Notes: generated by a model not told the origin, from the sequence alone. A stretch of 64,000 nt of DNA from Pseudomonadota bacterium (GCA_039799905.1 JBDLRP010000021.1:246119-310118), one strand, 5' to 3'. Positions 18,028-29,235 are shown, counted from the stretch's first letter. A program made the numbers and translations.

Positions 18028-18551
18028 TGGTAGTCGATCACCGTGAAGAACATGGGTCCCCGCGGTGTGTCGATCTCAACTTCTTCGCCCTTCTTTGCCT
18101 TTAAGAGGCCTGCTCCGACTGGTGATTTCCAGGAAATCTTCTTCGCAGCCAAATCAATCTCGTCTTCGCCGACAATCTGATACACGCGCCGCTGGCCATT
18201 CTCGTCTTCAATGGTCACCGTTGCGCCAAAGCGAATGCAGTCGGGGTTTTGCTCTTTGGGGTCAATCACCCGTGCCTGTTCGACACGTTTGTTCAAAAAA
18301 CGGACGCGCCGGTCGATTTCGCGCAGACGCTTCTTACCGTACTGGTATTCCGCATTTTCAGAGCGGTCGCCCTGCAGCACCGCCTGACGCACTTCATCAA
18401 CCACACGAGGACGTTCTGTGCGCAACAAAAAATCAAGCTCATCCTTCAATTTCTTGAAGCCCGTGGGTGTGATGAGATTGTTGCGTTCAATGGTAGTTTG
18501 CGCTGGCTGTCCGTCAGTCTTGAACGATCTTCTTGGTGTTCTTCCTTGCAT
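18012..18551 (-). CDS. greB: Transcription elongation factor GreB
   Basis: GDRSENAEYQYGKKRLREIDRRVRFL, ISWKSP. Confidence 0.93.
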   Translation of the reverse strand: MQGRTPRRSFKTDGQPAQTTIERNNLITPTGFKKLKDELDFLLRTERPRVVDEVRQAVLQGDRSENAEYQYGKKRLREIDRRVRFLNKRVEQARVIDPKEQNPDCIRFGATVTIEDENGQRRVYQIVGEDEIDLAAKKISWKSPVGAGLLKAKKGEEVEIDTPRGPMFFTVIDYHYGDC

Positions 18552-20853
18552 GGCGGTCACTCCTTGCGGACCCCTCGGCCTGAGCAGAGGCTTTAAGGCT
18601 AAGCTGGTTGTCTTCTACGTCAACAACACAGTGCCCCCCCTTGGCAAGCGGACCAAAAAGCAATTCTTTTACAAGGCGTTGCTTGACCTCACGGTCCACA
18701 ACCCGCTCCAACGGCCGTGCTCCCAAGGCCGGATCAAAGCCTTTTTCCTTAAGCCAATTCTTCGCCCGTTCTGTGACCGTTAGCGTGACCTTTTTGGAGG
18801 AAAGCGTCTCAGTCAGTGAGGACAACGATTTCTCCACAATCTGCAGCATGATGTCTTCACCCAGCCTGTGGAAACTCACCACCGCATCGAGACGGTTGAA
18901 GAACTCCGGCGAAAAGTGCTTTTTCACCGCGTCCAGAGCACGTGCCTCCATGCTTTCCGGCATGAAGCCCAGCCCCTGTCCGCTCAGCTCACGGGCGCCA
19001 GCGTTGGAAGTCAGGATGATAATCGTGTTGCGGAAATCTGCGGTTCGGCCGCTGGCATCCGTAAGGCGTCCACTGTCCATGACCTGCAAAAGAATATTGT
19101 GCACTTCTGAATGCGCCTTTTCGATTTCATCGAGCAGCACGACGCAGTAGGGCGTCTTGGTGACCGCCTCAGTCAGCAGCCCGCCCTCATCATAACCGAC
19201 GTAACCCGGTGGAGCACCGACCAGCCGCGAGACCGTGTGACGCTCCATGTATTCACTCATGTCAAACCTGTGGAGAGTTACGCCAAGGCTCTTTGCAAGC
19301 TGTTTGGTGAGCTCGGTCTTGCCGACACCCGTCGGACCAGCAAAAAGGTAACAACCGATCGGCCGCATCGGGTGTGACAATCCGGAACGCGACATGTGAA
19401 TGGCCGAGACGATGGTCTCGATTGCCGCATCCTGTCCGTAAATCGTGTTTTTGAGGTCTTTCTCAAGATTCTGCAGTTGCATTTTTTGATCAGCACTCAC
19501 CGAACGCTCGGGGATCTGCGCCATGGCCGCAACAACACGCTCAATGTCGCGCAACTGCACAGACGCAACAGACTTGCCTTTAGTGCCTTCCGAACGCAAA
19601 GAGACTTTTGCTCCGGCCTCATCAATGACATCCAGTGCCTTGTCAGGAAGAAAGCGACCGTGAATGTGCTGCACACTCAAATCGACCGCTCCGCGCAGCG
19701 CGGACTTTGAATAAATCACACCGTGGTGCTCTTCGTAGCGTCCCTTCACTCCCTCAAGAATCAGAAGTGCCTCGTCCTTGCTAGGCTCACGAACCTCAAT
19801 CTTTTGAAAACGCCGGCTCAGGGCACGATCTTTTTCGATGTGTGCGCGGAATTCTTTGAACGTAGTCGACCCGATGCAACTGAGTGTGGCGTCAGCAAGA
19901 CTCGGTTTGAGAAGATTGGACGCGTCCATCGCACCGCCGCTTGTCGCACCTGCTCCAACCACAGTGTGAATCTCATCAATAAAAAGAATTCCGCGCGGAC
20001 GTGCCTCAATCGCCTTCACGACACCCTTGAGCCGTTCTTCAAAATCTCCGCGGTAGCGTGTGCCTGCCAAAAGTGCGCCCATATCAAGCGAATAAATTTC
20101 TGCCGACAACAGCCGGTTGGGAACCTTCTTCTGAACAATTCGGGCCGCCAGACCATCGACGACAGCAGTTTTACCGACACCGGGATCGCCGACGAGAATC
20201 GGGTTGTTTTTGGTTTTTCGGCAGAGAATTTCGATCATGCGGTCAATAAGATCATCACGGCCGACAATAGGATTTATGCGGCCTTCAAGGGCTTTCTGAT
20301 TGAGCAGCACACAGAACTTTGCCAGCACATCTTCTTTAGCCGATTCTCCCTGACTCGCCGCGGGAGTTTGCTCACGGGCTGGCTTGTCGGTTCCGCCGCG
20401 CTGAGCCCCGGTCAGGGCATGGGAGTAGTATTGAATCAATTCAAGCCGGTTCAATCCCTGTTCTTCGAGAAACCAAGCGGCATGGCAGTCCGGCTCGTTA
20501 AATATTTCAATGAGGATTTTTCCGGTATCGACAACCTCGCGGCCCGCGCTGCGCACGCGCACCATGGTGCGGTGAATCAACCGCTCGAGAGCCAGCGTCA
20601 TTGTCGGAGAATACGAGGATTCTCCTGTTTCGGAGTCAGACACATCAACGACGGGCGAATTGTCGTTGAGAAATTTCTTCAGCTCTTCGCGCAGAGGCTC
20701 GATACGGCCACCGCACGCTTCCACGATTTCCTTGACAGAATTATCATCCAGCAAAGAGAGCAGGAGGTGTTCGATAGTCAGATATTCGTGGCGACTGTGC
20801 GTCGCAAATTGAAAGGCTGCACGGATGCATTTTTCCAGTTGTGGGCTGAGCAC
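18514..20853 (-). CDS. clpA: ATP-dependent Clp protease ATP-binding subunit ClpA
   Basis: [11 protein letters not shown]-domain, two AAA+ modules ([16 protein letters not shown]), LGF loop; downstream of clpS. Confidence 0.96.
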   Translation of the reverse strand: MLSPQLEKCIRAAFQFATHSRHEYLTIEHLLLSLLDDNSVKEIVEACGGRIEPLREELKKFLNDNSPVVDVSDSETGESSYSPTMTLALERLIHRTMVRVRSAGREVVDTGKILIEIFNEPDCHAAWFLEEQGLNRLELIQYYSHALTGAQRGGTDKPAREQTPAASQGESAKEDVLAKFCVLLNQKALEGRINPIVGRDDLIDRMIEILCRKTKNNPILVGDPGVGKTAVVDGLAARIVQKKVPNRLLSAEIYSLDMGALLAGTRYRGDFEERLKGVVKAIEARPRGILFIDEIHTVVGAGATSGGAMDASNLLKPSLADATLSCIGSTTFKEFRAHIEKDRALSRRFQKIEVREPSKDEALLILEGVKGRYEEHHGVIYSKSALRGAVDLSVQHIHGRFLPDKALDVIDEAGAKVSLRSEGTKGKSVASVQLRDIERVVAAMAQIPERSVSADQKMQLQNLEKDLKNTIYGQDAAIETIVSAIHMSRSGLSHPMRPIGCYLFAGPTGVGKTELTKQLAKSLGVTLHRFDMSEYMERHTVSRLVGAPPGYVGYDEGGLLTEAVTKTPYCVVLLDEIEKAHSEVHNILLQVMDSGRLTDASGRTADFRNTIIILTSNAGARELSGQGLGFMPESMEARALDAVKKHFSPEFFNRLDAVVSFHRLGEDIMLQIVEKSLSSLTETLSSKKVTLTVTERAKNWLKEKGFDPALGARPLERVVDREVKQRLVKELLFGPLAKGGHCVVDVEDNQLSLKASAQAEGSARSDRHARKNTKKIVQD

Positions 20854-20858
20854 GCTCT

Positions 20859-21197
20859 TTACTCCCGTTCCAGAGTGGTCAGCAGCGGAAACCCGTGCTG
20901 CTTGGAAAAGTCATTCACCTGTCTGACTTTCGTTTCAGCTATTGAGAACGGAAACACTCCGGCGATACCCTTGCCAGTCTTATGCACCAGTAACATGATT
21001 TGCACCGATTCCTGTTCATTTTTTCGGAAGAATTTCTGCAGAACGTGAATGACAAATTCCATCGGAGTGTAATCATCGTTGTTGAGAACGACCTTGTACA
21101 TTGGCGGCTTTGCCAACTTCTCATCGGGAAGGGTTAGAACGTCATCGCGCCAGTCGTCTTTTGGATCCGACCCGAAAGGCTTTCCATCACCTGACAT
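20859..21197 (-). CDS. clpS: Clp protease adaptor ClpS
   Basis: [24 protein letters not shown]. Confidence 0.97.
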   Translation of the reverse strand: MSGDGKPFGSDPKDDWRDDVLTLPDEKLAKPPMYKVVLNNDDYTPMEFVIHVLQKFFRKNEQESVQIMLLVHKTGKGIAGVFPFSIAETKVRQVNDFSKQHGFPLLTTLERE

Positions 21198-21235
21198 GCT
21201 TTAAACCTCAAATCTGTCTGGGTACGTTAAACCGC

Positions 21236-21679
21236 TCACAGGTGACCTATCAAATCATGATGGGGCGGAATCACAAAAAGCTCAACGCGACCGACACCCG
21301 CCGCCAACAATCCAATCTTTGCCGCTGCTGCTTTCGACAAATCGATAATCCTTCCCTGAATAAAGGGGCCTCTGTCGGTCACCCGCACAAACGCATAGCG
21401 GCCTGTCGCAGAACGGCGAACCAAAACAATCGTTCCGAACGGGAGAGTCGGATGAGCGGCTGTCATTTCCGACTCATTGTAAAGGTCGCCACTTGCGGTG
21501 CGACGCCCGACAAATTCACTCCCGTAATATGAAGCCCAACCACGCTCCGTGAGCTTCCACTCTGTTGGCACTTTTTCCTTTTTGACTTGCCGACCGAACG
21601 GCTGTAAAGATGCGCAACCACAGAGAAAATAAACCACTGTCGAAACTTTCGACAGTGCCGCAAGAAAAACTCTTTTCAT
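21236..21679 (-). CDS. rlpA: RlpA-family double-psi beta-barrel lytic transglycosylase lipoprotein
   Basis: GWASYYG, TASG, MTAAHPTLPFGT, DRGPF, RIIDLS. Confidence 0.92.
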   Translation of the reverse strand: MKRVFLAALSKVSTVVYFLCGCASLQPFGRQVKKEKVPTEWKLTERGWASYYGSEFVGRRTASGDLYNESEMTAAHPTLPFGTIVLVRRSATGRYAFVRVTDRGPFIQGRIIDLSKAAAAKIGLLAAGVGRVELFVIPPHHDLIGHL

Positions 21680-21775
21680 TGCGTTTTTTTCTCCTTTACT
21701 TACGGGCGAAAGTCATCTACCGCTGGCGTCCGTCCGGTGATCATAAATCACTGTTACGGGAATGGGGAGAACACC

Positions 21776-22993
21776 ATGGTTCGCTTGTTTGGCACGCTTC
21801 GCGCCCTCGCTACGGTTCCAATGGCGTTGTTTGCAGTTGTTAGCTGCGGTCAACCGCAAAAACAGTCTGATACACCTGCTCAGGTTCGTCCAATCAACTC
21901 GGCTTCACTCGATACCGTCAACCTGCCGCAAACTTCCGTGAAGTGGCAGAGTATTGGCAACTGCTGGGCGTACGCAGCACTCGGATGGGCGGAGTCGATG
22001 ATTCTGCGCGGACCAGAAAGTGAAGAGCCAAACTTCTCTGAAACCTACGTCACCTACCGACACTATGAACTCCAATTGAGAGATCGCTACATCAGCGAAC
22101 TCCAGACAGGCGGCTCCTTTCAGGAAGCTGCCGAAATCTCCATCCGGTTCGGCTTGATGAAGGAGGGTGACTTTGCGCCTGATGAGGCGAAAATGCCCAA
22201 AAGTCTGCGGCAAAAAATGGCAACAGATTATCTTAACAAAAGCTTGAAATCTGGCCTGCTTTCTCAATTCAGAGATTCCAAAACAATCCGCAGCGAGCTC
22301 GATGCCGCTTTTGGAGTCGAGCTGGCTTCACTTCAGGATAAAATCATCCCTGCTTCTTCGTTGAAGGTTCCAGTCGGTCGCGGAGCAACAGCACCACTCG
22401 ACGAAGTTATGCTCAGCTGGCGTGAAATTCATTGGCCGCTCGATTACGCCAACTACCCTTCCGACGGAATCGCTGAGCCGACTGCAAAGTGGAATGGTAA
22501 AATCACCGATGAGCAAGCCCGCATCATGCGCCGTGTCATGCGCGCAATGAACGCAAAGTATCCGGTGGTCATCAACTGGTTTGTCGACTTCCGCGCCATG
22601 AACGACGAAGGTGTCTTCGACCTTGCGACGCTGCGGCAATACGTGGGCAACGGACGGCAGGGATACCACTCTACAGTTTTGGAAGACTACATCGCTGAGG
22701 GTATTGATCCGAGCACGAATCTGCCATTTGTCACTCCCGAAGGAGAAGCCTCTGACGAGCTCAAGTCGCTTGCAGTGCAATTCGGATCGGTCAAATCGCT
22801 GATTGTGAAGAATTCATGGGGCGGATCCGAACGTCTCGACCGACCGAGCTATTTCCGCGACGGAGAGAAGGGCTATCACAAACTCGGCGTCGACTATCTT
22901 CTCGCGTTCCTTCCGCAGTTTGATGAAGAATCTGCACGCTTCCAAGGCTACACCACCGGTCTGAACAGCTTCATTCTTCCACCCGGCTTCTAA
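21776..22993 (+). CDS. Papain-like (C1 clan) cysteine peptidase lipoprotein
   Basis: Lipobox VVSC; QSIGNCWAY, GYHSTV, IVKNSWG supply Cys/His/Asn. Confidence 0.78.
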   Translation: MVRLFGTLRALATVPMALFAVVSCGQPQKQSDTPAQVRPINSASLDTVNLPQTSVKWQSIGNCWAYAALGWAESMILRGPESEEPNFSETYVTYRHYELQLRDRYISELQTGGSFQEAAEISIRFGLMKEGDFAPDEAKMPKSLRQKMATDYLNKSLKSGLLSQFRDSKTIRSELDAAFGVELASLQDKIIPASSLKVPVGRGATAPLDEVMLSWREIHWPLDYANYPSDGIAEPTAKWNGKITDEQARIMRRVMRAMNAKYPVVINWFVDFRAMNDEGVFDLATLRQYVGNGRQGYHSTVLEDYIAEGIDPSTNLPFVTPEGEASDELKSLAVQFGSVKSLIVKNSWGGSERLDRPSYFRDGEKGYHKLGVDYLLAFLPQFDEESARFQGYTTGLNSFILPPGF

Positions 22994-23003
22994 TTCCGTG
23001 TGC

Positions 23004-24341
23004 CTAGAGAATGAAACCAAAGCCTAATTGCATGTAAGTCACGATGTCGTTCTGCTGGCCTTGTCCCGCATAGGAGATCTCTTCGGAGTATTTGTCTGTG
23101 CGGTAGGTGTTTCCGACAAGGCCTTCAAAAACAAAGCGTCGTGACTCAGTGAGGGGAAGACGCACTCCTGCGACTCCCGTCAAATGCAATCGAGTTGCAG
23201 TACCGGTCCCGCTGAGTTTTTCCCCTGGCTCCGTCTCATCTGACACTGTCACAGTTTCTTTGAACGACATCAAAACGCGTCCGCCCAAAAAGAAATTGCT
23301 CGCTGGTTGAAGCTCGGCTTCAGCACCCACCAATAAGCCACTTCTCGTCAGGGTTTGTGTGTTTTGTGGACTCGAGGAGCCGGCCAGCACCTGAAGAATT
23401 TCTGTTTGTTTTGAAAATGGTGACACAAAAACACCAACGCGTGGAAAGATCTTGAAATTCATCGGGTAGCGAAAAACCAAATCGAGTTGGAGGTTCGTTC
23501 CCGTGGCAGAGGCATCTTGCACCTCATTGGAGACCGGTTTTTTGAAACTGAATTTCTCAGCATTCCAAGTGGCGTAATTGAATCGCAAACCAATCATGTT
23601 GGTCCACGTTCCGGTCTTCAATTTTGGAACAAATGTTTCAAATGACCCGCCGAACCCACTCACAGGAATATTCAAAGCAAGCCCCGAGCGCACGTTGGCG
23701 GCTTGGTGCTGGGCATTTTGAATGACCGTAAACAACGGCAGCACAAAGGCATTTTCTGCGGGCAATAATTCCAAGGAGCCAGCACCCGATGCACTTCCGT
23801 CCGGAGCGGCCGCGGGGAGCTCGGATACTTTTACCGCGTTCAAGTTCAACGTCGTTTTTCCCGCTTCAGATCTGCGCGCGGGAGCGAAAACCCAGACTGA
23901 AATTCCTTTTTTGTTCTTTTGCACCTTCTGAAAAGTCATTTCAGCGACGACTTCAATTTGGTTGGCGGCTAAAACAAAATAACACTCGCCCTTCGCGGGG
24001 GGGGGCTCGTTGGCCGGAGCGGGAAGTCCGATTGTCTTGCCACCCTTGTCCAGTCTGATTTTATATTTTTTGCCGACAGGCACTGCAGAAAGAGTGCGCA
24101 GGCGCGTTGGATTCTCCATCTCTGGGGTTGCAGCCGGACACGGATTTGCGGGGGCTTTATTTGCATCGGATGCAGCGGCGCCACTGGAAGATGTTGTGGC
24201 CGGATTGGGAGCAACTGAGGCAGCTGTCGATGGCTGTTGAGCGGGTGCGGTTGACTTTGCCTGCGCAAAAGCCCGCGCTGTCCACAGCGCAGACAGCACC
24301 AGCAAAAATCTTAGACTAGCAAGCCCTTGTCGGACGCCCAT
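23004..24341 (-). CDS. Exported protein with a predicted C-terminal outer-membrane beta-barrel
   Basis: Signal peptide ending AFA, Ala/Pro/Ser-rich linker, amphipathic strands ending YMQLGFGFIL. Confidence 0.65.
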   Translation of the reverse strand: MGVRQGLASLRFLLVLSALWTARAFAQAKSTAPAQQPSTAASVAPNPATTSSSGAAASDANKAPANPCPAATPEMENPTRLRTLSAVPVGKKYKIRLDKGGKTIGLPAPANEPPPAKGECYFVLAANQIEVVAEMTFQKVQKNKKGISVWVFAPARRSEAGKTTLNLNAVKVSELPAAAPDGSASGAGSLELLPAENAFVLPLFTVIQNAQHQAANVRSGLALNIPVSGFGGSFETFVPKLKTGTWTNMIGLRFNYATWNAEKFSFKKPVSNEVQDASATGTNLQLDLVFRYPMNFKIFPRVGVFVSPFSKQTEILQVLAGSSSPQNTQTLTRSGLLVGAEAELQPASNFFLGGRVLMSFKETVTVSDETEPGEKLSGTGTATRLHLTGVAGVRLPLTESRRFVFEGLVGNTYRTDKYSEEISYAGQGQQNDIVTYMQLGFGFIL

Positions 24342-25159
24342 CTACGAAACTCCGACTCCAATTCGTCAAATGACGCAATCTCAAACAGAGTATCCTGCAT
24401 GTGGTGAATATCAAAGGGACGCTGCGAGACAACCTCCGGTATAAACGGTTCTTTTTTGACGAGCCCACTTAAACTGTGTGGAATCTCTCCCACCGACGAA
24501 ACAATGCCGGCTCCATAAATTGTTGTCTCAGCTTCACGCCGCAGCGATGGCTTATGCGCATTCGCGTTCATCAGTCCAAATTCAACCGTGAACCAGTAAA
24601 TTCTTCCAAGCCATGCCACTTCCTCTTCGCTGCGGGCCATGCTTCCCGCGAGCCCGTAGGCATGAAAAAACGACGCAAACCGCGGATTCGTAATCAGTGG
24701 GAGATGACCCATCAGGTCATGGAACATATCGGGAGCTGGCGTGTATTCGAGCTCGCTTGGATGACGGATGAAATCTGTGCAGGGAAAGCACTTGTTCGCC
24801 AGTAATTTGAAAAAAATATTTTCGGGAACATAACCCTCGACACGAATCACCCGCCAGCCCGTCGCCTTTTCAAGCCGCTCACTGAGCGTGGCAAGCGAGG
24901 GCACCCGATCGGTCGGATAATTCATCAACCGACGGCCTTCGAGATACTCCGCACAAACGCGACCACCCAAAACTGAGCTCTGTCGTTTAAAGAGTTCTGC
25001 CCAAGTGGAGTGCTGCTCATTGGCGTAAATTGGCGGCTGAATAGCAGAACCGATGGTTCCCTCGGGAGATGGGCTTGGCATGATTGGTGAGGACGGACGT
25101 GCCTTGAACTCAACCTCAGTTGATAACTTCCCTGCCGGAATTTGAGGAATGACGACCAT
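24311..25159 (-). CDS. phhA: Phenylalanine 4-monooxygenase
   Basis: YTPAPDMFHDLMGHLP, YWFTVEFGL, IYGAGIVSSVGE. Confidence 0.92.
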   Translation of the reverse strand: MVVIPQIPAGKLSTEVEFKARPSSPIMPSPSPEGTIGSAIQPPIYANEQHSTWAELFKRQSSVLGGRVCAEYLEGRRLMNYPTDRVPSLATLSERLEKATGWRVIRVEGYVPENIFFKLLANKCFPCTDFIRHPSELEYTPAPDMFHDLMGHLPLITNPRFASFFHAYGLAGSMARSEEEVAWLGRIYWFTVEFGLMNANAHKPSLRREAETTIYGAGIVSSVGEIPHSLSGLVKKEPFIPEVVSQRPFDIHHMQDTLFEIASFDELESEFRRWASDKGLLV

Positions 25160-25275
25160 TTCAGTACCTCCGGACAACATCCTGAGCCTCCAAAGTCTGA
25201 CCAAAGCGCAACTCACAGGCTTCAGAAGTGTCCGCCAACCATTCAGTCTTCTATCGGAAGACGTCCCAAAAACCT

Positions 25276-26241
25276 CTAGCGCCTCAAAAGAACCAATGAT
25301 TCATTTAGCTTATAGAAAGCGTCACTGCCTTCATAGCAGAGAGACGGACTCTGCGCAAAACTCACAGGCTGTTGATCGTACAAAGAGCCGATGCGGCCCC
25401 GCAGATCCGAAGCCAGTGTATCGCCCTGCCGATGTCCAGTGCGATCGTTGCGCAGCACCAACACAGCACGTGGACGCAGACTCTCAACGGACTTCCAAAA
25501 ATCATCCCAAAAATATTTGAGAACTCGAGTCTGACCGCGTCCGACACCAAACGCCGGCGGATCACAAACCCAGACGTCCGGACACTCAGCCTTGCCCTCG
25601 GCAACCCGGCGTTCGAGCCGAGACAAATATTTTTGCGCAAGTTCGGGGATCACGGCAAAATCAACCTTGTTCAATGCCGCATTACGTTTTCCCCACGTCA
25701 GCATTTCCGCGTTCGCATCGACATTGGCAGCACTCAGCGCACCAGCCCTGCATGCAACAACGGCAAATCCGCATGTGTACGAAAAAAGATTGAGTACACG
25801 GCTCTTTCTGTCAATCAAACTGCGCAGCGCCATCCGCGCAGGACGCGCGTCAGGGAACAAACCGAAATCGTTTTTGGAATCCGCACGCACTTCAAAAAAA
25901 CAATCGTCCTCGCGTGCGATCCACTGCCCGCCGATTGCCGAACAGGGATCTAGATAATCAAAACCGCCCGCTGGAGATCGTATTTTTCCGATCACTTGCC
26001 TTTCCGAAGAAAGGCAATCACGCAAAATTTCCAACAAAAATTCCGCGCGCGGAACCCACAGCGGATTGTAGACGGTGAGCACAACCAACGGACCAAAAGA
26101 GTCTATCAGAACCCCCTCGATTCCATCCGGAAGTCCCGCGAAGTAGCGACCAATTTCCTCACCGGACTGCAAGCGCGGTTCACGCTCTTGCCGTCGAATC
26201 AGAGCATTTTTGAAGAGTTCTTCAACTTGTTGTGCGTTCAC
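25276..26241 (-). CDS. Class I SAM-dependent methyltransferase (RlmI/RlmK-like)
   Basis: GLFPDAR, VLNLFSYTCGF, DPPAF. Confidence 0.85.
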   Translation of the reverse strand: MNAQQVEELFKNALIRRQEREPRLQSGEEIGRYFAGLPDGIEGVLIDSFGPLVVLTVYNPLWVPRAEFLLEILRDCLSSERQVIGKIRSPAGGFDYLDPCSAIGGQWIAREDDCFFEVRADSKNDFGLFPDARPARMALRSLIDRKSRVLNLFSYTCGFAVVACRAGALSAANVDANAEMLTWGKRNAALNKVDFAVIPELAQKYLSRLERRVAEGKAECPDVWVCDPPAFGVGRGQTRVLKYFWDDFWKSVESLRPRAVLVLRNDRTGHRQGDTLASDLRGRIGSLYDQQPVSFAQSPSLCYEGSDAFYKLNESLVLLRR

Positions 26242-27056
26242 AAATGATGACTTTCCGAAGTGCTTCTCACGGGTGTCCTGAACAATGTCAGTATGTGTGC
26301 TTTCGCAGGCTGCTGCAAGACGGGCACCCGGTTTGAAGTTGTGAAAGATTCAAACTCTCGCAACAAAGTTCCGCCGCTCGTCAAAACGTCATCAAGAAAA
26401 AGCAACGAGCAACCCTCATTCGCGAGCCCCTGCAAATCAGGTGAAAGATCGGCTCCGGCGACTTTAACTACGGTGCCGCGCTGTTGCAGTCTACCGATAC
26501 GCAACCTGCGAATGTCAGAGCTGATGAATGCTTGCTTCCTTCCGAAGGTAGGAAACGGCATATGCACAGGTGGCAAAGAGTTTGGCCTAGACAATTGAAG
26601 GGAAATAATTTGTTGTCTCCAGAAGTCGGCAGGGTGCCACTGCAATGAAGAAATTCTGCGAACGCTGACCCTTGGAAGTACGACGAGGCCGACTCGCTCC
26701 ACGCGGATGATAGACAAGAGTCTCTGACGCGCCTGCGCTCCATACACCGAAAAAAATGCGGCAACCGCCGACGGATCTTGCGACTCTTTTGCCTTTAAAA
26801 GCAGATTTCTGTGGTTGCCATAGTACTGATAAATCGATTGAACTGAAGAAAATTCACTGAGCATTTTGCAGGCACCGCAACAAGCAGCATCTCCGCAACG
26901 GGTGCACCCCGACCAAACGCGACCAGCGTGATCCTTCAAACAGGAAAAACAAACGTCGGCTTCGCTGACGGCAAACCGACCAATAAGGGAATCACAGATT
27001 GCGCAGCGAGCTGTTGCGACCCGCAAGCGATGCAGCCAGCGGCGATGCGCCGCCAT
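26238..27056 (-). CDS. comF: ComF-family protein (zinc ribbon plus phosphoribosyltransferase fold)
   Basis: CAIC/CFSC/CTRC/CGAC pairs and LLFLDDVLTSGGT; start inferred at 27056. Confidence 0.72.
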   Translation of the reverse strand: MAAHRRWLHRLRVATARCAICDSLIGRFAVSEADVCFSCLKDHAGRVWSGCTRCGDAACCGACKMLSEFSSVQSIYQYYGNHRNLLLKAKESQDPSAVAAFFSVYGAQARQRLLSIIRVERVGLVVLPRVSVRRISSLQWHPADFWRQQIISLQLSRPNSLPPVHMPFPTFGRKQAFISSDIRRLRIGRLQQRGTVVKVAGADLSPDLQGLANEGCSLLFLDDVLTSGGTLLREFESFTTSNRVPVLQQPAKAHILTLFRTPVRSTSESHHL

Positions 27057-27516
27057 GGTGGTAGGGATGTTTGCTGCGGATTGTCTCACTGCGGTAGACC
27101 TGCTCCAATAAAACAACCAATGACAATTCGTGCGCCATCGTGGATTGCGAAAGTGACAGAAATTTTGCTTGCGGTGCAAATTGCTGAAGTGCCGAAGGCA
27201 AACCATAGGCGCCGCCAAATACAAACGCGACAACCCGCGCACCGCGATCACGTGCATCGGTGATTTCTGCGGCGAACTTCTCGCTCGAAATATTCTGACC
27301 GCGTTCATCAAGAAAAAACAACACACCCCTGTCATGAACAACTTTTTCACATTCCTTGATCAGAAACTGCTCGATGGCTTTTTCACTCTCGAGTGTGCGT
27401 GTGGGGGAAATGATCTTTGCGGGAGAAAAACGACCAATGCGCTGCAACAATTCATCAGACCACCCCTTTGCAGGGCCGCCGGAAAGTTTCCATGGTGTGA
27501 TGAATTGATATTGCAT
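26992..27516 (-). CDS. rlmH: 23S rRNA pseudouridine-1915 N3-methyltransferase
   Basis: LDERG, FVFGGAYG, LSLS.STMAHE, LLEQVYR, HPYH; follows rsfS. Confidence 0.92.
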   Translation of the reverse strand: MQYQFITPWKLSGGPAKGWSDELLQRIGRFSPAKIISPTRTLESEKAIEQFLIKECEKVVHDRGVLFFLDERGQNISSEKFAAEITDARDRGARVVAFVFGGAYGLPSALQQFAPQAKFLSLSQSTMAHELSLVVLLEQVYRSETIRSKHPYHHGGASPLAASLAGRNSSLRNL

Positions 27517-27567
27517 GCTGTCACCGGATCGGGTGGGCGATGGTCCGGCCGTGTCTACACAGTCGGC

Positions 27568-28053
27568 TTACAGTGATGCGCTTTCAGAATCTTCTGTTCC
27601 ATGAACAGCTTTTTTAGGAAGCGCAGCTTTTATCTCTGAAAGAAGCTGCGCAAGCTCTTGTTCCGTGGGTGTCAGATAACGGCCTTTGCTCCAGAGTTTT
27701 TCAAGCGAATAAAGTTCCCGGGTGGGTTCCTGAAAAACGTGCACGAATAAAAATCCGTAGTCGAGCAGAATCCAAGTGCGTTGCTCACGGCCATCAACAG
27801 CAACTGGCTGCAGACCCAGTTCATCACGGAAAAACAAACGGATGTCTTCGGCAACAGCTGCAACCTGCCGCGCATTTGTTGCACTTAAAATTGCAAAATA
27901 TTCTGTGAAGGCACCCTGACTGCGCAGGTCGATTGCCAACGGTCTGGTTGCCTTTTTTTCAAGTCCAATGGCCAACGCCAGATTGACGAGCTCTTCGCGC
28001 TCGAGAATGCGCTCACCCGCGCGAATCACCTGATCCACTTGTCCCTTTGCCAT
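27568..28053 (-). CDS. rsfS: Ribosome silencing factor RsfS
   Basis: EKKA, WILLDYG, VHVF, RELYSLEKLW. Confidence 0.93.
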   Translation of the reverse strand: MAKGQVDQVIRAGERILEREELVNLALAIGLEKKATRPLAIDLRSQGAFTEYFAILSATNARQVAAVAEDIRLFFRDELGLQPVAVDGREQRTWILLDYGFLFVHVFQEPTRELYSLEKLWSKGRYLTPTEQELAQLLSEIKAALPKKAVHGTEDSESASL

Positions 28054-28054
28054 G

Positions 28055-29092
28055 TCAGTTCCCCTCCTTCAGTGTGTCGAGCATTTCAACAACCATATCC
28101 AGCATCTTGGAAACACCAAGGCGGCGTGCTGAGCTGAGCTCCAAAAATTCAACTTTTTTATTCTTTAAATATGTCCGAAATTCATTGACCGCCTCTTCGT
28201 TCTGATAGGCGTCCTCACCCTCGGGTTGCACCAAATCAAGCTTCGAGAGCACAGTGAGTCGCGGACGGGTGAGCAATTTCTGATCGTACAAAGAGAGCTC
28301 GTTGAGAATTCCTTCGTAATCGGAAATCATCGCATCAGCGGTCTCCTGACTCGCATCGATCAAATGAATCAAAATTCGTGTGCGCTCGATATGACGCAAA
28401 AAGTCGTGACCGAGACCTTTGCCCTCGCTCGCTCCCGGAATAAGTCCAGGCACATCGGCAACCACAAATGGATCTGCATCCTTGTGACTGACCACACCCA
28501 AATTCGGCACGAGAGTTGTAAAAGGATAATCAGCCACTTTCGGGCGCGCTGCCGAAATGACTGTAATCAGCGTACTCTTGCCGGCGTTTGGTGCGCCAAT
28601 AATACCAACATCCGCAAGCATCTTGAGCTCAAGACGAATGCTTTTGCGCTCGCCCATTCCTGGTGGAATTGTCTTGGTGGGAGCTTGGTTGCTCGACGAG
28701 ACAAAAACGTGGTTGCCAACTCCGCCTTTACCGCCGGTGGCGACAATCAGCTGCTGCTCATGCTTGATGACTTCGCCAATCATCTCTCCAGAATCAACAT
28801 CGTACACAACCGTTCCACACGGAATTTTCAGAATGAGATCCTCGCCCACCTTGCCTTGGCGGTTGTTCGTTCCACCCTTGCCGCCGTGCTCCGCTTCGTG
28901 AATTCGGTTGAAGCGAAAGTCGAGAAGCGTGTGGAGCCCTTCGTTGCCCTGAAAAATGATGTTACCGCCGCGTCCGCCGTTACCGCCGTCTGGTCCTCCA
29001 AACGCTACGTTTGCCTCGCGCCGGAAGTGCGACATGCCCGCACCGCCATCGCCGGCCTTCACTTGAATCTCTGCCGTATCTATGAATTTCAT
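28055..29092 (-). CDS. obgE: GTPase ObgE
   Basis: MKFIDTAEI, GGPDGGNGGRGG, GAPNAGKST, ADYPFTT, DVPG. Confidence 0.97.
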   Translation of the reverse strand: MKFIDTAEIQVKAGDGGAGMSHFRREANVAFGGPDGGNGGRGGNIIFQGNEGLHTLLDFRFNRIHEAEHGGKGGTNNRQGKVGEDLILKIPCGTVVYDVDSGEMIGEVIKHEQQLIVATGGKGGVGNHVFVSSSNQAPTKTIPPGMGERKSIRLELKMLADVGIIGAPNAGKSTLITVISAARPKVADYPFTTLVPNLGVVSHKDADPFVVADVPGLIPGASEGKGLGHDFLRHIERTRILIHLIDASQETADAMISDYEGILNELSLYDQKLLTRPRLTVLSKLDLVQPEGEDAYQNEEAVNEFRTYLKNKKVEFLELSSARRLGVSKMLDMVVEMLDTLKEGN

Positions 29093-29194
29093 TAGAAAAA
29101 ATACTCCGCACCACGCACTGGCGTGGCTCTCTCGTGGGGACGCTAGCAAAAGGAAATCAGGTGGGAAATAAGAATCTTTCTCTCGAACAACAAT

Positions 29195-29235
29195 AAAAAA
29201 AACAGACCAGACGCTCAACCGAGGTCTGGTCTGTT
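29195..29235 (-). terminator. Intrinsic terminator after rpmA
   Basis: AACAGACCAGAC...GTCTGGTCTGTT stem with a T-run on the minus strand. Confidence 0.8.

Noticed and set aside
19723..21048. 441-aa plus-strand ORF, and similar long antisense ORFs at 28226-29095 and 53719-54621
   Set aside because: Antisense to clearly conserved genes (clpA/clpS, obgE, DUF2141/dehydratase) with no recognisable motifs
27057..27350. N-terminal extension of the ComF ORF (also the extensions predicted for obgE, phhA, the MBL hydrolase and mepA)
   Set aside because: They overlap neighbouring genes or terminators; downstream starts fit the family N-termini or SD positions better
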